The position numbers were made by a program, and so were the translations under genes. From Acidobacteriota bacterium (GTDB lineage Bacteria > Acidobacteriota > UBA6911 > RPQK01 > JADFOI01): a stretch of 64,000 nucleotides of DNA. Below are positions 60,814-64,000 of the stretch, one piece after another. Each line of letters starts with the position of its first letter. Within the stretch, counting starts at the first letter, position 1. Under the pieces are notes generated by a model. The model saw only the letters and a list, made by a program, of their open reading frames with translations. It was not told the origin of the DNA and did no database searches. The DNA is taken from the NCBI GenBank assembly GCA_963663035.1, contig OY760074.1, positions 3,040,001 to 3,104,000 on the forward strand, given 5' to 3'.

Positions 60814-61574
60814 GACTTCACTGCGCTCGCAGCCTCTTCTTTCAGCCAGGAGTAGCCCTTCTCTTCCAATTCTAAGGCTAGACTCTTGTCACCCGACCTG
60901 ACGATTTGGCCATTGTAGAGAACATGGACCCGGTCGGGAACGATGTAGTTCAACAAGCGCTGATAATGGGTCACCACGAGAAAAGCCCGCTCCGGGCTGC
61001 GCAGAGAATTCACCCCGGCGGCAACAATCTGCATTGCGTCAATGTCCAAACCCGAGTCCGTTTCATCTAAAATCGCTAATTTCGGCTCCAACACGGCCAT
61101 TTGGAAAATCTCATTGCGTTTTTTCTCTCCACCTGAAAAGCCCTCGTTCACAGGTCGGCCGATGAGGGCCTCATCTATCTTGAAGAGCTTCATCTTTTCC
61201 TTGATCAGGGCTAGGAAATCCATGGCATCGACCTCTTCCTCACCACGCTCCTTGCGCAGGGCGTTCAGTCCTGCTTTCAGAAAGTAAGTGTTACTCACGC
61301 CGGGAATCTCCACTGGATACTGAAAGGCCAAAAAGACCCCCTGACGGGCGCGCTCTTCAGGGGCCATCTCCAAGAGATCCTTTCCTTGGTAGATCACTTC
61401 ACCGGCCGTGACTTCATAGGTTTCTCGTCCCGCCAGCACTTGAGCCAGGGTGCTCTTGCCGGAGCCATTGGGTCCCATAATCGAATGAACCTCGCCTGCT
61501 TCAATCTTCAGGTCAATCCCTCGCAGGATCTCCTTGTCATCCGCCTTCACATGTAAGTTCTTGATTTCCAGCAC
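60810..61574 (-). CDS. sufC: Fe-S cluster assembly ATPase SufC
   Basis: GPNGSGKS, FQYP.EIPG, FSGGEKKRNE, DETDSGLD. Confidence 0.96.
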   Translation of the reverse strand: MLEIKNLHVKADDKEILRGIDLKIEAGEVHSIMGPNGSGKSTLAQVLAGRETYEVTAGEVIYQGKDLLEMAPEERARQGVFLAFQYPVEIPGVSNTYFLKAGLNALRKERGEEEVDAMDFLALIKEKMKLFKIDEALIGRPVNEGFSGGEKKRNEIFQMAVLEPKLAILDETDSGLDIDAMQIVAAGVNSLRSPERAFLVVTHYQRLLNYIVPDRVHVLYNGQIVRSGDKSLALELEEKGYSWLKEEAASAVKS

Positions 61575-63023
61575 TTAGCCAACACTCCCTTCCAGATTCA
61601 CGCTGAGTAGCTTTTGGGCCTCTACAGCAAACTCCATGGGCAACTCCTTGAAAACCTTCTTGCAGAAACCGTTGACAATCATTGAAACCGCATCCTCAGT
61701 TGAAAGTCCTCGCGACTGGCAGTAAAAGATTTGATCGTCTCCGATTTTCGACGTCGAAGCTTCATGCTCCATGTGAGCAGTGCTGTTTTTAACCTCGATA
61801 TAGGGAAAGGTATGGGCTCCGCATTGGTCACCGATCAGCATGGAATCACACTGCGTGTAGTTGCGGGCACCTGTTGCACTTTTGCTAAATCTGATCAGGC
61901 CACGATAGGTATTTTGGCCGTGTCCGGCAGAGATTCCTTTGGAGACAACATTACTGCGGGTGTTTTTCCCAATGTGGATCATCTTGGTTCCCGTGTCGGC
62001 CTGCTGTCTTTTCTTAGTCAAAGCAACGGAATAGAATTCCCCGATGGAATTATCCCCCAACAAAATAACGCTGGGATACTTCCAGGTAATGGCTGATCCG
62101 GTTTCCACCTGGGTCCAGGAAATCTTGGAATTGCGGCCCAAGCATTTGCCTCGCTTGGTCACAAAGTTATAGATACCGCCCTTACCCTCATCATCCCCTG
62201 GGTACCAGTTCTGAATGGTGGAATACTTGATTTGAGCATCATCCAGAGCGATCAATTCCACCACTGCAGCATGCAGCTGATTTTCATCACGCATGGGCGC
62301 GGTGCAGCCTTCCAGATAGCTGACATAACTTCCCTTCTCAGCGATGATCAGGGTCCGCTCGAACTGACCGGTGTTCTTGGCATTAATCCGAAAGTAGGTG
62401 GATAACTCCATGGGGCAGCGCACACCTTCAGGGATGTAGCAGAAGGAGCCGTCACTGAAGACTGCCGCGTTCAAAGATGCAAAGAAATTATCGGTATGAG
62501 GAACCACGGACCCCAGATACTTCTTCACCAGATCGGGGTGGTTCTGTACCGCTTCAGAAAAGGAGCAAAAGATAATCCCCAGTTCGCCCAGCTTCTCCTT
62601 ATACGTTGTTGCCACCGAGACGCTGTCAAAGACCGCATCTACGGCAACCCCAGCCAAAAACTCCTGCTCCTCCAGCGGAATCCCCAGCTTTTTGTAGGTT
62701 TCCAGCAGCTCCGGATCCACCTCATCCAGGCTCTGAGGCCCATCTCCCGCCTTCTTGGGCGCCGAGTAATAGACAATGCTCTGGTAATCGATGGGTGAGT
62801 AACGGACATTGGGCCACCTGGGCTCTGTCATGGTGAGCCAGTGTTTGTACGCCTTCAGACGCCATTTCAGCATGAACTCCGGTTCTTTCTTCTTGGCTGA
62901 AATGAAACGAATGATCTCCTCATTTAAACCCGGCGGCGCCGAATCCGTTTCCACGTCTGTGTAGAAACCGTATTTATACTCCTGATTTGCAAGATCCTCG
63001 ATTTGCTGTGTTTCAGTTGACAT
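61575..63023 (-). CDS. sufB: Fe-S cluster assembly protein SufB
   Basis: [30 protein letters not shown]. Confidence 0.97.
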   Translation of the reverse strand: MSTETQQIEDLANQEYKYGFYTDVETDSAPPGLNEEIIRFISAKKKEPEFMLKWRLKAYKHWLTMTEPRWPNVRYSPIDYQSIVYYSAPKKAGDGPQSLDEVDPELLETYKKLGIPLEEQEFLAGVAVDAVFDSVSVATTYKEKLGELGIIFCSFSEAVQNHPDLVKKYLGSVVPHTDNFFASLNAAVFSDGSFCYIPEGVRCPMELSTYFRINAKNTGQFERTLIIAEKGSYVSYLEGCTAPMRDENQLHAAVVELIALDDAQIKYSTIQNWYPGDDEGKGGIYNFVTKRGKCLGRNSKISWTQVETGSAITWKYPSVILLGDNSIGEFYSVALTKKRQQADTGTKMIHIGKNTRSNVVSKGISAGHGQNTYRGLIRFSKSATGARNYTQCDSMLIGDQCGAHTFPYIEVKNSTAHMEHEASTSKIGDDQIFYCQSRGLSTEDAVSMIVNGFCKKVFKELPMEFAVEAQKLLSVNLEGSVG

Positions 63024-63073
63024 TCTCTTTAATGCTCCTCGAATAGAAATTTACCAGCCACAAAACCCCAACC

Positions 63074-63526
63074 TTACTGAAGACTGACCAGCTCGCCCGG
63101 CCCACTGGCAATTGGGTCGGGAAACGAGCCGGTCAGATCAGAAAGAGTCATGCTGTCCAGGGCCTCGAAGACGATCTCGTTGATTCTCTGCCAATTTGTC
63201 CGGAGCCCGCAGACCGGCTCGTGCCGGCACTCCCCTGGGGCCTCGATACATTCCGTCACGGCCAGCGGCCCCTCCATCGCCTTGATAATTTCGCCTATTG
63301 AGATTCTCTCCCCACGTCGCACCAAACCATAGCCACCTTTGGCCCCCCGATGCGAAACCAACAGGCCTTCTCGTGCAAGAACCTTTAGAATTTTCCGCAC
63401 CATGGGCAACGGCAACTGACTCTCCATTGCCGCTTCCCGCGCGCTGTGCTTCAACCCGTCTTGATCCTTGGCGAAGTAGGCCAACAAGACAATCGCGTAA
63501 TCTGTCTCCTTGCTCATCCTAATCAT
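63074..63526 (-). CDS. Rrf2-family SUF regulator
   Basis: TDYA, GLL.S.RG.KGGY, C-x6-C-x5-C Fe-S ligands. Confidence 0.9.
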   Translation of the reverse strand: MIRMSKETDYAIVLLAYFAKDQDGLKHSAREAAMESQLPLPMVRKILKVLAREGLLVSHRGAKGGYGLVRRGERISIGEIIKAMEGPLAVTECIEAPGECRHEPVCGLRTNWQRINEIVFEALDSMTLSDLTGSFPDPIASGPGELVSLQ

Positions 63527-63544
63527 CGCTTCCAATCCTCGATA

Positions 63545-63607
63545 AATAGTACCAGATTGGTACTATTACACTCCAAAAGAATACCAATATGGTCCTCATT
63601 CTGTCAA
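63545..63607 (-). promoter_or_regulatory. suf promoter with putative Rrf2 operators
   Basis: TTGACA-N18-TATTCT; perfect palindrome AATAGTACCA-N3-TGGTACTATT (63545-63567) plus a weaker ACCA-N3-TGGT copy over the -10. Confidence 0.7.
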
Positions 63608-64000
63608 CCCCCGGGAGAGTCACCCGATTCCAGCGGTGCATAGTAGCCGGGCCGTGTACTCACAACGACTCCTGGCTGCAGGGCCCGCACCTCGACATCG
63701 CGCCACTTCCCATCTTTGAGTATGTCGGAGGGGATATAAGAGATGTAGTATTGATTCTTCAGTTCTTCGGCGACTTGGCGATACACGTCGCCAAGACTAC
63801 CGAAGACCGTGGCATCCAACACCGTTCCACCGGTCTGCTGTGCGAGCCGCTGCAAAAATCTCTTGGCGCTGAGGATGAATGGGTCCGTCAGCACCTTGGG
63901 AACAAGCCGAGAGCTCGCCTGGTATGCCATCCGGGCAGCAATGGCACCAGCCCAGTACTCTTCCAACTTGGAGACAACGTACACCATGGCCTCAGAGCGA
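63604..64000 (-). CDS. VWA-domain (VWFA-related) protein, C-terminal part
   Basis: LA..TGG, ELKNQY.I.Y.P, DGKWR.V.V, RPGYY; open to the window edge. Confidence 0.8.
   Translation of the reverse strand, partial: RSEAMVYVVSKLEEYWAGAIAARMAYQASSRLVPKVLTDPFILSAKRFLQRLAQQTGGTVLDATVFGSLGDVYRQVAEELKNQYYISYIPSDILKDGKWRDVEVRALQPGVVVSTRPGYYAPLESGDSPGG

Overview
A 64-kb bacterial chromosomal window with dense, mostly housekeeping coding. The lineage is probably Acidobacteriota, inferred from the Oar-like TonB-dependent receptor, the VWFA-type protein and the PDZ/multi-TM/GAF/PAS kinase. In order it carries: a partial Fic gene, pepA, smpB, rmlD/B/A with three glycosyltransferases, gpmI, eno, a TPR-ExbD-ExbD-ExbB unit, two sigma54 two-component systems, gltX, rlmB, a hydantoinase A, xerC, rpsO-pnp-larB-dnaG, trkAH, metF, an acyl ligase-ACP-acyltransferase fusion, a Tat-exported M29-fold protein, a signal-peptide CbiX plus ApbE facing a split NosR-like pair, a Ser/Thr kinase, an apparently plug-less TBDT, glmS and a complete Rrf2-sufBCDSUT operon. 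I saw no rRNA, tRNA, CRISPR array or transposase. The most unusual signals are non-coding. (1) Five copies of a modular 145-257 bp inverted-repeat element have two interchangeable end types, a covarying structured core and optional nested modules; one copy appears to supply the gpmI start codon. (2) Inverted heptamer arrays bracket antisense 'cargo' genes (a frameshifted four-helix-bundle gene and the hydantoinase), supply stop codons, and sit directly before SD-less start codons. All calls are by eye from the sequence; no database searches were run.
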